Shown piece after piece: positions 51,680-64,000 of a stretch of DNA of 64,000 nucleotides. The notes below the pieces were generated by a model. The model made no database searches. It saw only the letters and a program-made list of their open reading frames with translations, and had not been told where the DNA came from. Every line of letters begins with the position of its first letter. Position 1 is the first letter of the stretch. A program made the translations under genes and the position numbers. The stretch is from Yuukianura sp. NJ FZ-2021 (taxonomy: Eukaryota): the NCBI GenBank assembly GCA_046563655.1, contig CM102283.1, positions 7,068,001-7,132,000 on the forward strand, in the 5' to 3' direction.

Positions 51680-54600
51680 TTATGGGTGATCGTGCGAAGC
51701 TGTTCTTGACAGACATTGCTTCAAGTTCATTTGATACTGCTCAATGAGGTCATTGACCTCTTGAGTAGAGAGCTCCGGACCTTTCCCGGTAAGGTAGTAG
51801 GTCATCAGTTGACCTTTACCTTTCACATTGACAAGTCCCCGTTGCTCAAATTGGTATCCAAAGATCCTCAGTATTCTGTACGTTTCTTCTGTAACCTATA
51901 ATTTATCATTCCAGTGTCATTTCTAGTCCATACTTCTTGATTTTTGATTACCTTGTGTTTAAATTGTGGGTTTTTACCTGTATACAACCTGCTTTGCCAG
52001 TACTTTCCATACGGGATGCCACATTGACCGAATTTCCCCAAATGTCATAGTGTGGTTTTCTTGCTCCGATTACTCCAGCAGTAATCGGTCCATGGTTGAT
52101 ACCTAAAACCAAAACCCGGGTAATACAGATTTCAATAAACTCCTATGGGGATTAGTCAAGCTTTAGGTTTCCGATATGTTGGAGTCTACTAAAAAGCTTA
52201 CCCATTTTCAGCACAAAGTGATTGAAACTTTGCTCATTAATTCCAGTCAAAGTAACTTTTAGCTCCAGTGCAAATTCAACTAGCAATGCCAGATGAGCCC
52301 AACGTGTCATAATCGGATCGTCTGGCTGTAAATCATAATTGTAAAGTTTAATTTGTAAAGTTGGACTTTTATGAGTATCGAATATCCATTATGGCGGGAG
52401 ATTTAAACATAAAGTGTTGTTCTCTTACGTGTGCTTGTTTACTCGGATTGAGTCCACTAGCAGCCATGTATGTTGACGCAATAGTTTTGATTTTTATGAT
52501 GTTGTCGTTAAATCGAGGGTGTTCTAATATCTGAATTGCAAAGCAACATTGAAATTTAAGGATTGTTTAAAATTTTGAAATTCTGAAATTTTAGCTTACA
52601 GCATCAAAATCTGAAATCACTTCGTTCAGGAATCGCAGGCATTCCAGTCCTTGGTTGTTGACAGTCTCTTCCGTATAAAAATCTAAGAGATTCAATTAAA
52701 TGCTATGTTATGGTTTTTCAATTTTGTATATTTTGGTTTCAGATTTCATGTTTTAGTATACCTGAGAAATTGGGCATTGAGGCAAATAGGATTCCAACTT
52801 CGGAGTAACTGTGACTGTACAGCTCTTCGTGTTTCCGTTTCCTCGATCCCAGGAAGTGAGTGGCTACGTGAGGTGGAAGGATGTTGTAAACCTAAATTCA
52901 ATATTTTGTTTAAATTTAAACGTGTTTTCAAAAAACATGTTTTCAAAATTTTCAAAATTCAACATTTTTGGATTAGGGTTGTAGTCGGAAAGGCTTACAA
53001 GAGATTCATTCTTGTGTCGCAGTTGAGTTGCATGTTCACGCTGCTCTTCTACTTCGTTTTTCCAGAGGTACAGGACACGCGACGATTTCTCTAACTGAAA
53101 AAATCGAAATTTCGGATTTCAAAATTTCGTTGCTCCAAAAATCGAAAATCTTCGGAAAAGTTTACTTACACGACGATTCAGCGTAAATAGGACAATGTAA
53201 ACGGCTACAATGTACAGGGTCAGTTGCCAGTTTTCGGGAATTAAGCTATATAAAACGTGAGAGTAGGTTAATGTTTTACCAAGGTTAGGTGTTAAAATTC
53301 TTGGAACGTTTTCCTAGAAGGTTAGTTTGAAGATTTATTAGTCAATTTTTCTTACTCTGTTCCATAAAACGAAAATTTCTCTGAGCAGTCAAAGGCGTTT
53401 CGCAGCGGTTGAAAGTTAATGAGGAGTCCGTGAGCCAGGACGACAAGGAAGATGATGAATGATTTGAACCATGATCCTGGTTGAGACAGCATTGTCACCG
53501 AAAACAGTAAGAATGCACAGAAGATGATGAGGTAGGCAGGGAATTTACAGCCAGCATTAGCAAAGGACCGGGTTCGGTCCATGTTCGGTAAAACCATGGG
53601 CTCCGTTTGGTGGTACTGGTATGTCATGTTGCCACATTTGGCACCAACGCCAAAGCAAGGAATCTGCGTAATCCAATATGCAAATTTTAATACCTAACAC
53701 TTTCACTTGGAATCTGAGCTTCCATTGTGTAAGGCTCAGGTTCCAAGGGCTTAAGGGCCCCTGACACTCAAATCATGAATTTTATATAAAGTTTTTACCG
53801 TAAAAACAGCGTTGACAATCGTCAGCAGCAGGATTGTCAAGACTCCAAGCAGTCTGCGAACCCACAATTTTGAGTCCAGTGAACAAAGGACGCTGAGGGA
53901 ATTGGAAGCTTTCTAAAAATTTTGAAAAGATTTAAAAAAATACGTATTTAGGTCCCTCATTTCGAGTTTTTGAATCGAGTGACAGAATGTGTAATTCGAA
54001 TCCTTTTACGGTATGGAAGTATTACCGTATTTTCTCGCGTATAAGATGCGTCTTATCTGAGAAATCTCGGAAAGATTTCGAAGGAAAAAATTGTTCGCTG
54101 AAAACTAACGATTCTTGTTAAAAAGTATGAATAGTTGGGAAACATGCTAAACTCTACTTGAAACGGTTTTAATCTAATGTTGATTTAAATCCAGCATTTT
54201 GGGCATGGTTCTGGTTTCTGGCAATTCAAAATGGGACGGATCTTCATGCATATTTAAACGACTTCAACTTTAATTAAGTTCGAAAAAAGTAGGTAACTTT
54301 TTAACTTTAAACTTTACATTTTCGCGCTATTCAGGCATTTTTGACAATTTAGGGGTGCGTCTTATTCGCGACAGCGTCTTATAGGCGAGAAAATACTGTA
54401 CTTTTTCAAAGTTGTGTTTGAAGTTTCGAAAATTTGACTCACCTTAAGACGTGTCTTTATTTTGGAAGTTTCGTATGCAGAGATTGTACTGATGGACAGG
54501 AGAATAACGAGAACGACCAAGGAAGCAATGAGTCCAAGGACGTCAAACGAAATTACCAGAAATGCTGACACTGTCACGGCAACCAGAGCTACTGGGCATG

Positions 54601-57600
54601 CCAATGAAGAGAGTCCAGCATACGGTTCCTTGTGCATGACGAATCCAGCTTCCTTGACCTTGTCAGTAAACGACAGTGTCAACCACTGTGACTGTTTTGA
54701 CAAGTCCCTGTGGGAGACAAAAGTGGCAGGATTTGAATTACGACGACCTAGATTTGAAAATTTCTGACAGATTTTGAAAATTGGAACTTCGACACGGTAT
54801 CTTACTTGTATCCATCTCGGGAGATGAGTTCTTCCTTGAGTCTCAGTCGGTATGACTCCATCTCTGAGTCTTTTCTACAGGCAGGGTCATCTACTGCACT
54901 CTACAAGGAAAAGGAATTACTATTTGTCAGGGGTTAAATTGATTGATCCAGTTTCGATAGGCTATTCTGCACACATTTTAGATTTGACCTCTTACGGTAG
55001 AATCTTCTGCAAAAGTAGAGTTGAGGTCAGACGGAGGATCCTTCATGATCATGTCATCTTGAGATTGCATTTCTCCATTCTCTGAGATCTTCTTGGACTC
55101 GGCAGTATCATGGAACTGTCACCAGTTGAAAAAAAAAAGTTGTTGGCATTACAGTTGGTAACATTTTGGCGCGTAAAACTTGAATTTTTCATAATTTTAA
55201 AAATTTTGAGAGTGGTTTTATTACGGGTTTGAGCACTCGGGTGATAAAGTAAGTTTTCATGCCAGCAATTCTCAGCATCTCTTCACGTCTTTCACCATAT
55301 GCTGGCTCAACTTCAAACTCCCCGTTCAAAAAGCTTAAAGTTTTTTCAGAAATGTGAACTTTTCTGAAAGTTTTAGAAATTTGGAATTGGTTTTTTAGAT
55401 TTCTTAGGAGAGTTTTTTTTTTGTGTTTAGCGAATCTGTATTTTTGTTTACCCAGGCATTCCACTGCTTTCCATTTTATTTGCAAGTTCCACATCTTTAG
55501 AGTAGACATCAAATTGCCATTGACGTTGGCCCAAAACGCCCGCCAAAATGGCTCCCGTGTGAATTCCTACCCGCATGTCCACTGGAGAATTTGTGGTTTC
55601 TCGAACATATTTAATGGCTTTGACCATGGACAGGCCCATATGGACACAGAGAACGGCGTGATCTGGTCGTTCTTCTGGAGCACCACAGATACAGTAGTAA
55701 CAGTCCCCAAGGATTTTTATGCGGATTTGATGATATTTCTACGACATCAAACAGAATCTGTTTTCGCTACTTGTGAATATACGTTTTTCCAATTTGGGGG
55801 AAAAAGTTATTCCATTTTCGTGAAATATTTTCATTATTTTTTGACTTTTTCGAAGAAAATTCTTCCAATTTTCTTTCTCTTCTGAGCCTAATTTAAGATT
55901 AAAATTTTCCCGGAATTTGGAATTCAGAAGATAATGAATGCTGGATTCTGGATTCTAGCCAAAGGCAAGATTTTTTTTGGACTTACGTCGGCCAATCGAT
56001 CGAATCTGGCAAAAAGCTCATTGAGGATTTTGACAAGTTCTGAGGCTGAGTATGTTGATGAAATGGCAGTGAAACCGACAATGTCAGCATACAGAATGCT
56101 CACGTTCTCATGTCGACTCATGTAGATCTTTTTGAATTGGCCGTCAACTGCCGCTCCCAAGTCTTGCCGCATTTTGAGAGCCAAATGCTCTGGTAGAACT
56201 GACAAGAGGAGTCGTTCCTGTAAAAAAACGAAAAACGCGGATTTCAGAGTGGATTTCACTTTAATTTGAATGGGGAAAAGTGAAAACCTACCCACTTCCT
56301 ACGCTTTATACGTTCAACTTTTCAAAAAACCGTTTTTTGAGAAACGAGAAACTTAAGTGTGTACTTAAGTCTATGGATTTTGAGCTTAGTAGCTCCAGGC
56401 ACGGTGGGCCAAGGTCGATTTTGAAGATGAATTTCTAATTTGCTCAGGGAAAAAATCTTATGAAAATTTTGAATGGGTGGAAAAGTGGAGAAAGGTGAAA
56501 GTTAAAAGAACTTGACTCCGAATTTTTTTTAGATTTTTTTTTTCTAGGAAAAAAGTTTTGACTCCTGTAGGAAAATATTGGTTTTTCTTCTTCTTTTTCT
56601 TCCATCTCCGCTCTGTGTCTCTTGACTTTGGTTCGGTCGTTGTGTATATTTGAGATATTTTAAGCGCGAGAAGAAGAATCGATTTTCCAATTTTACTTGG
56701 TTTTCTTCATCTTTTGTTGTTACCTTGGTTGAGGAATGATCGACGTTTTGAAGCTTCTTTAGAATTTGCACAAGAGCGAAGGCGGGAATTTTCAGGGAGA
56801 ATGAAAATTGAACGTGATTTTGAACGAATTTGAATTTGAAGCCGTTTCGCCCCAAGGGAATTTTGGAAGTGCTAAATTTCTTTGAATTTTTTGAAAATTG
56901 ATTTTTTCTTACCTGTTCTTTAGCTTGTTCTTCAATGACGAGTTTCATTTCAAGGGATTGGCGGGTATCCAGGAAAGCACGGCGCTGTTTCTTGTCACTC
57001 AAGTAAAAGAAAAGAATTCCAAGTCCATTGGTTGTTAGGAGAAGAATTAAGTTAGCGGCCAACTGAAATGAAAGTGAAAGAGAATCTGTTAGGGGCAAGA
57101 CTAATCAAATCACGAATCCAGATTCTGGATGTAGGAATTCTGGAAAATCTAATTACTGGACAAGGGTCCAGGACGCAACACACTTAGCGTCATTTCTGTA
57201 ACTTGATTTTGGAAATGAGACTGGAACGGGAGTCGTTATCCTTGCCTGGACTTTTTGTCCTGGACAAATTCAATTTGCAAAATTTTGGAGTTGGTGAAAG
57301 TTGCAGAAATTTTGCCACTTCAGGATTTTTTGCAAAAACTAATTGAAAGTTAGCTTGAATCCTGCTAGAATTCGCATGTCGAATGCCGGAGTAGCAGAAT
57401 CAGCACTTGGGCTAAAATGGAAATTTTTCCTTAAAATTACTTTTAGACGTTAACAATTTTCAAAATTTTGGTGGGTTAAAACTACGCTGTCCTAAAAAGC
57501 GTGTTACGTTTTACATGCACATTGAGATTTTCTAATTCTGACTTTTTGTTGTTGTTTTTTTCTTGAATTTTTTTGGCTAACCTGTGGGCCTAAGAACGGC

Positions 57601-59585
57601 TCTCCCTCGGCCCGATTTGCTCGCCAAACGACAAACGCCGTGTGAAACAGCGTTATGACGACGTTGTACGCCAGCGCTGCTTTGAAGCGTAACGGAACTG
57701 TGACCCAGATGAGGAATATTTCCAGCAGTACCCAGCCTAGTCCAAGTCTCAGGGGCAGTGCGGCCTCGTCACTCCGCACGCCAATGACCAGCAGAATGTC
57801 TATTGTCCAGATGACAATGGGAAGGTGTGGGTTTCCTTTTGAAAAGCCCGGCAGAACTAGGATGAGAAGTGTGGTGAGTAGCGTGAGTCCAAGGGCAACA
57901 AAGGATACAGCTATGTAGATCATATCGTACTCTTCTGTCCTCGTACTCTGGGGGTAAGGAGCGTAGTCTTCGTTGTAGAAGATTTCAGGGTCATTGTCAC
58001 TCTCTGATTCCCGCCTTTTTCTCTGATGCTGATGCCGATTCTGATGTTCCTGATGCTGATGCTGAGTTGACCGGAGGTAGGCAGGGTAGTCCTCGTAGAA
58101 AATTTCAGAGTCACGGTGACTCTCTGATTCCCGCCTTTTTCTCTGATGCTGATACTGATTCTGATGCTGCTGATGCCGATTCTGATGCTGCTGATGCTGA
58201 TTCGGCTGTTCCTGATGCGGAGTCTGAGTTTTCTGGGGGTAGTCTTCATGGTAGAAGATTGCAAGGTCATTGTCATTGTCTGATTTCCGCTTCTTCCTCT
58301 GATGCTGCTGATGCTGATGCTGCTGAGGTGGTTGTGGGTGGGGCGGATTGGTTTGGTATGGGGCAGTACGTGTTTTGTGGAAGAAGGGCTGGTTTGAGGG
58401 GTAGTCTTGACTGGACACTGTGGGGGTACTTGAGTCATTGAGGAAGGGATGTAATTGGTGTGACATGAAGCTGGGATTGACACGGACTGAGGGAAAGTGT
58501 TTGTGTTTACGAGAAGTGCTAAGATCAGGAGCTGAAATTGGAGACTTTTCTTTGGAAAATGTGCGAAAGTGGCGCGGCATATTTTGAAGTGAGTTGGGAT
58601 GATGCTGGTGATGCTGTTCGGGAGCACCGATGCTGTCAGTAGCCTTGGGGCTATCGAATTCATGTCGAACGTCGTGTGGATTCAGGAGGTTGTGTGGACT
58701 CATCATCCGAATAGCTCTGGAGTCATCTGAGTGACCTTGACCTAGAAAGAAATATTTTGGCGCGAAAAATTTAGTTGTTTTGTCAAGTGCCGTTTCTCGT
58801 TTTTGACTGAAATTCAAGTTTTCAGTTTTAAATTGAAATTTTTGGTTCCAAGTTGACGTTTTCTGTTTAAAATTGAACTTTTTCGGTTTCGTATTGAAGT
58901 TTATCGATTTCGTGTTGAAATTTTTGAAATGTTTGTAGAAAGTAATTTTATTTTTGCCGTTTTCAAAAAGTGGGTGTCATCGCCCACGCTTTCTTAAAGC
59001 AATTTGTAACTCATCACGGATTTTTGTTTACTTACTTTCACTTTGAAATGTAAACAAGTCATTTAGTAAAGACTTCTTTTTTGGTGGGAAAAATTATGTA
59101 AATAAACTAAATCCATGAAGTGTAACAGATTTTGAAAGAAAAGCACTTTGGGAATGAATTTTGAACGTAATGAATGAACTTTTGCTTCTAGTCATACTTA
59201 TTTTTGCTCTACTTTTTCGAACATGCTGGAAGACTTTTCAAATATTTGCTCTTTCATGAATTATTAAATTTGATTGTTTTTTGTTCTTACCAGTGTTAGG
59301 AAGCGGGTGTGGTGGATACGGTGAATTTCGATGAACAACCCAACAAGCATGTATTAAAATTTGTGTAATTGCGTAGACGAGTAGAGCGTAGAGGAAAATT
59401 CTAAAAAGTTCTAGTCGTTTTCTATTTGAAGAGTGAAGGTGATACAATGCTTCAATTTCAGGATCACTAAATTTGTGAGTTATAAATGGAAAGACGCCTC
59501 TTCGACTCCTAGTCGCTGGAGTTATTTTTACTACACTCAAACTTGACCCGCATCTCACTGGGAGTGGACTTCCTTCGGGATCCAT
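51680..59585 (-). CDS. ADCY3: Membrane adenylyl cyclase, type 3-like
   Basis: About 19 exons from 59585-59291, 58741-57582, 57062-56913, 56217-55987 ([11 protein letters not shown]...[31 protein letters not shown]), 55737-55452 ([10 protein letters not shown]...MRVGIHTG...WQFDVYS) through the C2 exons ([83 protein letters not shown]) to TAA at 51682-51680. Confidence 0.95.
54025..54398. mobile_element. Tc1/mariner (pogo/Tc2-like) MITE in an AC3 intron (374 bp)
   Basis: TIR CCGTATTTTCTCGCGTATAAGATGC vs reverse complement of right end CAGTATTTTCTCGCCTATAAGACGC (22/25). TA TSD at 54023-54024 and 54399-54400; GCGTCTTAT occurs three times near the ends. Confidence 0.85.
57950..58330 (-). repeat. 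Three-copy coding repeat plus CAG/CAT-rich tracts in AC3 exon 2
   Basis: [23 protein letters not shown] / [22 protein letters not shown] / [23 protein letters not shown]; at DNA level CACTCTCTGATTCCCGCCTTTTTCTCTGATGCTGAT recurs 120 bp apart with one mismatch. Confidence 0.9.
58805..58930. repeat. Degenerate ~21-bp-period T-rich intronic repeat
   Basis: ttcaagtttt, ttgaaatttt, ttgacgtttt, ttgaactttt, ttgaagttta, ttgaaatttt at ~21-bp spacing. Confidence 0.65.
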
Positions 59586-62500
59586 TTTTAGAAAAAATCA
59601 AAATCAAAATTTTGAAATTTTGAACTTTCTCTAAAATGTTGCTCAAGTTGAATTTGTTGTGATTTTGTTCAAGTTAATTCGTCCCAGTCGTCGAAAATTT
59701 TCTGCACGCAACGACCAACGTTTTAATTGTTATTACACTTCCGGTTTGTGTTTGAACAATTTCACTTTTTAGTGGTGGACATTGTAAATGTAGAAATTTT
59801 GAAATTTGTTTAAGTTTTTATGCAGTTTTGTGTTTGTTAGTTTGGAAGTCGAGTTGATTCAGCATATTGCTGATTTTGAATTGCGGTTTTACGATTGAAC
59901 TGTGGTAGTCACTGTCTAATTTGATGAGATTCGAGTTAATCACAACTGAGCTAAATTATGTTTAGGTTAATTAGCCTAACTTTAACTACGGTTAGGTTAG
60001 TAACCTAACGTGAAGCAGACAGAGGGTAAAGTTGTGAATAGGAATGTGAGACCGTGCTAGAGAGAAAGTGGACTTTCTCCTCCGTGCCAGAGAAGTGAAG
60101 TGAAAGGATAATTTAGGGGCCTTCGGGCTCTATCACAGCCTCCTCGGATTCTCCTTTGGTTGGTGGATTTGAGAAGCAGCGCAAGCGCAAGACGCTTCTA
60201 TAGAGTTCTAGCGCTGTTTTTTCGGAAAGCTTTTTTTGGTCGTACCGGGTAGCCAGTTACAGCAGCAGCGCTGGCTTCTATTCTGGCTACCGCTGGTGCA
60301 GCCGTAGAGACAGTAAAAGTTGGAGAGAGAGTTTATTTTGGATCAATAAAACGAGGCTCTCCCCGTATACTTTCCCTGTGTTAAGTTGTAGGAGTCCAGG
60401 ACTGTGTAGTCGTCATCAGTTTTCCAGTCTCCTGCGTTTCTGGTCATGGTCGTTCGCTTGAACTTAGATGGAGAGAAAGCAAGTCTTACGTTTGGTTCGG
60501 CGCGAAAATGAAATCCAAATCTCCCTTACTCTTTTCTTCTAACTAAAACTCCTCGTGTGCCCCCTTTGACCTTCTAGAATTCTCAAGTTTCAAGTGATTG
60601 GACGCTGGAGAGCGTCATTGGTCATCAGGGATTAGTAGATTGAATGCAATTTGGATACTTCTGGACAGTTGAGGACACTGACTGATGAGGATCATGCGAA
60701 GTTGTCACGGGGAAGTCTAAAGGTCACGGGGTCATGGAACTTTTTTCTCATTTCGTTTTTGGCGGGAGGATTTTTGGATTTGATGTGAAATGACGTCTTT
60801 TTGGAAAAGCTTGAGGGGCAAAGTGTTGAGGCAGGAGAGAAGAAAGTGGAGCTAATTTAATTGTAAATTGGATTCTGTGAAGCAGGGAATCGAGGATGCG
60901 AGACGGAGAAAGTTACTGCTAAAGACACAAACACAAGCGATGAGCTTGGTTTTACTAGGACTAAAGTTAAGTTTTATAAGAGTTATGGCTAAGGACACGC
61001 TTGGTTCAGTTGTGTTTGTTTGAAAGTTGCGGGAGAAAACAAAAGTTTTAAAAAGAAGTTCAGTCGAGGTTGTTTTGAAACAATTATTTGAAAAAAGATG
61101 GACGAAATAAGGCGAAAGCGGTTGAAAAAAGTTGAAGGCGACACTAGAAAAGAAAAGCATAAGATGGCTGAAAGTTGATTTTTGAACAGCTTTTTGAAAA
61201 TGTTGTTGAAATTTTCAAACAAGTTTAAAAAAGTTTTAATTAATTCTATTCTTGACAGGTTAACAGAACCAAGGCCATGCTGTACTTTATGTCAAAAAAG
61301 TGTTAAATGGGGCGTTGAATTTTTTGACATGTAAAAAGTGAGTTCTTTAAAAATTAGGTTAGGTTTTTGGGAAACTAAAAAATAATTGGTTTTCTCGTTG
61401 GAAATTACATGTGTGATGTAAATTTATGCCAAGATGGAGAAAGCCTGGAGAAAGTGAAAGAAAGTTGTAGTTTTTGAGTGGATTTATGTGGGTTGTAATC
61501 TATTGATTGCATGAGAAGAGAAAGCTAGTGCTCTTGTGAACCTGGATTGTGTGGAATTTTGGCTTAACGCCAAGATTTTGTGGTGCTTTCACTATTACTT
61601 TTCTGCACTTTTCGAATTTCCTCAAGCATATATACTGGTACTACGTCAAGCACATATACTGCTGATAGGAATTTTTTCAAAAATAGGAAAGCGTTCGTGT
61701 TCGAGACAATTTTTTGCTGTGAATAATTGAACGCGTGTTAGACGTTTAGAATTTGGGTTAACATCGATAGTAGCGCTTTTTGGTAGAAATTTTGGTTAGG
61801 TTTTCTGGTTTACCAAGAAGGCAGCATAACCAATGCTTAACCTCACCAAAAAAGAGGGAGAAAGTGGGAGAATTTTGTTGGATTTGGAATTGAAGGAGAA
61901 AGGTGATTCGACACATAACTTTAGTTTGGACTTGAGAGAAAACGAGGGAGCTCAAGTCTCAACTAAAGTTTTTTCAAAGTTCCCGGTTCTTTTTTTTCCG
62001 TTTCTTTGGAAGTTCCCGGGTTTAGTTTCGAGAACTTTCACTTTGAGCTGACCTTTGACTTTGGAGAGGTCTGGACAGGTAAAAGTGTTGCCATTATTTG
62101 TAGAGTAAGAATGGAATTGGACAGGGACTGATGTCGTCTGGTCATTGGTGAACGTGATTTGGGCTGGAGAAAAAGTACGAGTTGATCTCTGTCTCCAGTG
62201 GATTTTGGTTGGTCATGGTCTGTAGAAGGCTGAATAGGAAGATAGAAGTAAGCTGAGGAAGATTAGGTTGGATGTGTCTTGCAGAGAGAAGCTTTTCTGG
62301 AAGGATGTTACTTTGTTGGAGCAAGAGAAAGTGAATTTCTGAAAGCTAAAACTCGGTGTGCTTTCTATTTTGCTACAGGTTGGTTGGGTTTTGTGGGATT
62401 TTGGGAATGATTTGGATTAAATGTGGTTCGGTGAGCAGAGACGAATTTCTATTTTGGGTTTTGAATGTGCGAACTTTCGGGTTTCAAAATTGTGAAATTT

Positions 62501-62824
62501 CGGATGTGTCGGCGTTTCGCGTTTCATTTTCGTACTGACTAGACATGTTTTTAGTCAGTTTCAAAATTTTGCTCAGCATGTTGATCTTGATGAGGCAGAA
62601 ATAGAATTTTACTTTTCAAAGTTTTTGGTAAAAATAATTTGCTCGGATGACGCAAATGAATGTAGAAAATAAAAAAAAAAATTCATTTCGTGCATCAAAA
62701 GCAAACGCTTCAAATTTTGGGTAAAATCATACACTTTGGGAAAAAGGTTTTCAAAAAAGTTGCAGAGATTGATCGGTGTAGCGAAAAATTTTGAAATTTG
62801 ACATTTCGCGTTTTTTTTATAGAA

Positions 62825-63767
62825 ATGGCTGAACAGAAGTCAATGGCATCAGAATTTCCAGACTTTTTCAATTTCTCGACCGTTCTGGATGACAACTACG
62901 TTCAGTTTCAGCAGTTCGGCTTGTTCTTTAAATCTGTGAGTCTCTTAATTGAATTACTAATTACAATTTTGGATTATTTAATTTATGTGGTCTATTTGAT
63001 GAATAATTCATTTGAAAGGGACTTTGTCAAAGTTATGGAAGTGAAAGTTCTGTCTGTTCTCGTTTAGATCGAATGGGGAGAGCCGTTTATAATTGGATTG
63101 ATTTTCTTTCACATCATGGTGACGCTGATGACATTTCTGAGTCGACGAAGAGCCGCGGCACAAGGATTTCTCTTTTTCCTTATGCGTACGTTTTGTTTTC
63201 TAAAAGTTCTGCGCAAGTATTTTGTTGGTTTAACGGAGTATGAATAATGTAACGGAAATTGTTTTATTGATTGTGCAGTGACCTTGATATTCCTGTCTGA
63301 GAAATTAAACGAAATTGCAGCAGAGAATTGGCAGTGAGTTGTTTACGAAATTTAAAATTCAGTGAAATTATGATGCATGACCAACATTTCTAAATATTTT
63401 ACGGTTTTTACGATGAACTATGATTGATGCCTTGTTTTGTTGATTACAGATTGTTTTCTCGGCATCAGTACTTTGACGAAAATGGAATGTTCATTTCCAT
63501 TGTATTTTCGCTGCCACTCCTATTCAACTGCATGATTATGGTCGTAAGTGGCACTTTATAAAAATTTAGTTTCCAGTGAAGATTGGATATTTTGATTTTG
63601 TTTTGACTGTTTTGCAGGCAAACTGGCTCATGATTTCCAGCGAACTCATGACGACTGTCCGGAAGTTCCAAATGCAGCAGCAGAGTCAGAAACGGAGAGC
63701 CAGCGCTAGTAAAAGTACTAAAACTACTAGAAGTCCTTCTACCGAGAAAAGCGTTAAGCAAGACTAA
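62825..63767 (+). CDS. TMEM18: Transmembrane protein 18
   Basis: Exons 62825-62935, 63068-63185 ([15 protein letters not shown]), 63279-63333 ([12 protein letters not shown]), 63450-63543 ([27 protein letters not shown]), 63618-63767 (basic C-terminus). Confidence 0.93.
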
Positions 63768-64000
63768 AAAACCGGAAAAGCTAAGTAGAGGTCTCCCTGG
63801 ACACAAATTTTCGTTTGTGACTTGGGATTTCAGAAAATGTTCAAAAGAAATTGAGAAATAATGGAAACGGATTCCAAAAATCCATTCCTCTTGCTAATTA
63901 ATCCCAAAGAGTAACTTTATATTTGTTAATCATAAGCCTTCTTTTTGCTTTAAACTTTAAGTGAACTTAAAAACAAAAGTTTAAAATTCCGCCTCATTTT

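Noticed and set aside
59960-60010. TTAGG/CCTAA clusters (also ~21190 and ~26430) as interstitial telomere
   Set aside because: Only 1-2 consecutive units in mixed orientation; too short to support.

Overview
Eukaryotic, AT-rich, intron-rich genomic DNA from an invertebrate. Protein sequences and promoter motifs look arthropod-like; the species cannot be determined from the sequence. Recognisable genes in order: Cip4/FNBP1-type F-BAR-HR1-SH3 gene (+, 5' partial), SCY1-like pseudokinase (+), NPDC1/cab-1 homolog (+), IFT122 (+), a GPR21/52-like orphan class A GPCR (+), NUBPL (-), RPS28 (-), adenylyl cyclase type 3 (-) and TMEM18 (+). Three unassigned secreted-protein genes lie on the minus strand: a coiled-coil protein, a knottin-like prepropeptide and a two-repeat protein with a polybasic linker. 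Four non-autonomous DNA transposons have visible TIRs and TSDs; one carries an irregular three-unit TGCGCA array. Best leads: (1) a ~285-aa His/Gln-rich, furin-site-repeat insert between TM1 and TM2 of AC3; (2) an RFX X-box/Inr promoter and UTR exon 3.7 kb upstream of IFT122, which would nest the coiled-coil gene antisense in its first intron; (3) a toxin-like knottin whose second Cys domain lies behind an in-frame TGA, flanked by two transposons. Exon boundaries were read by eye and may be off by a few bases.
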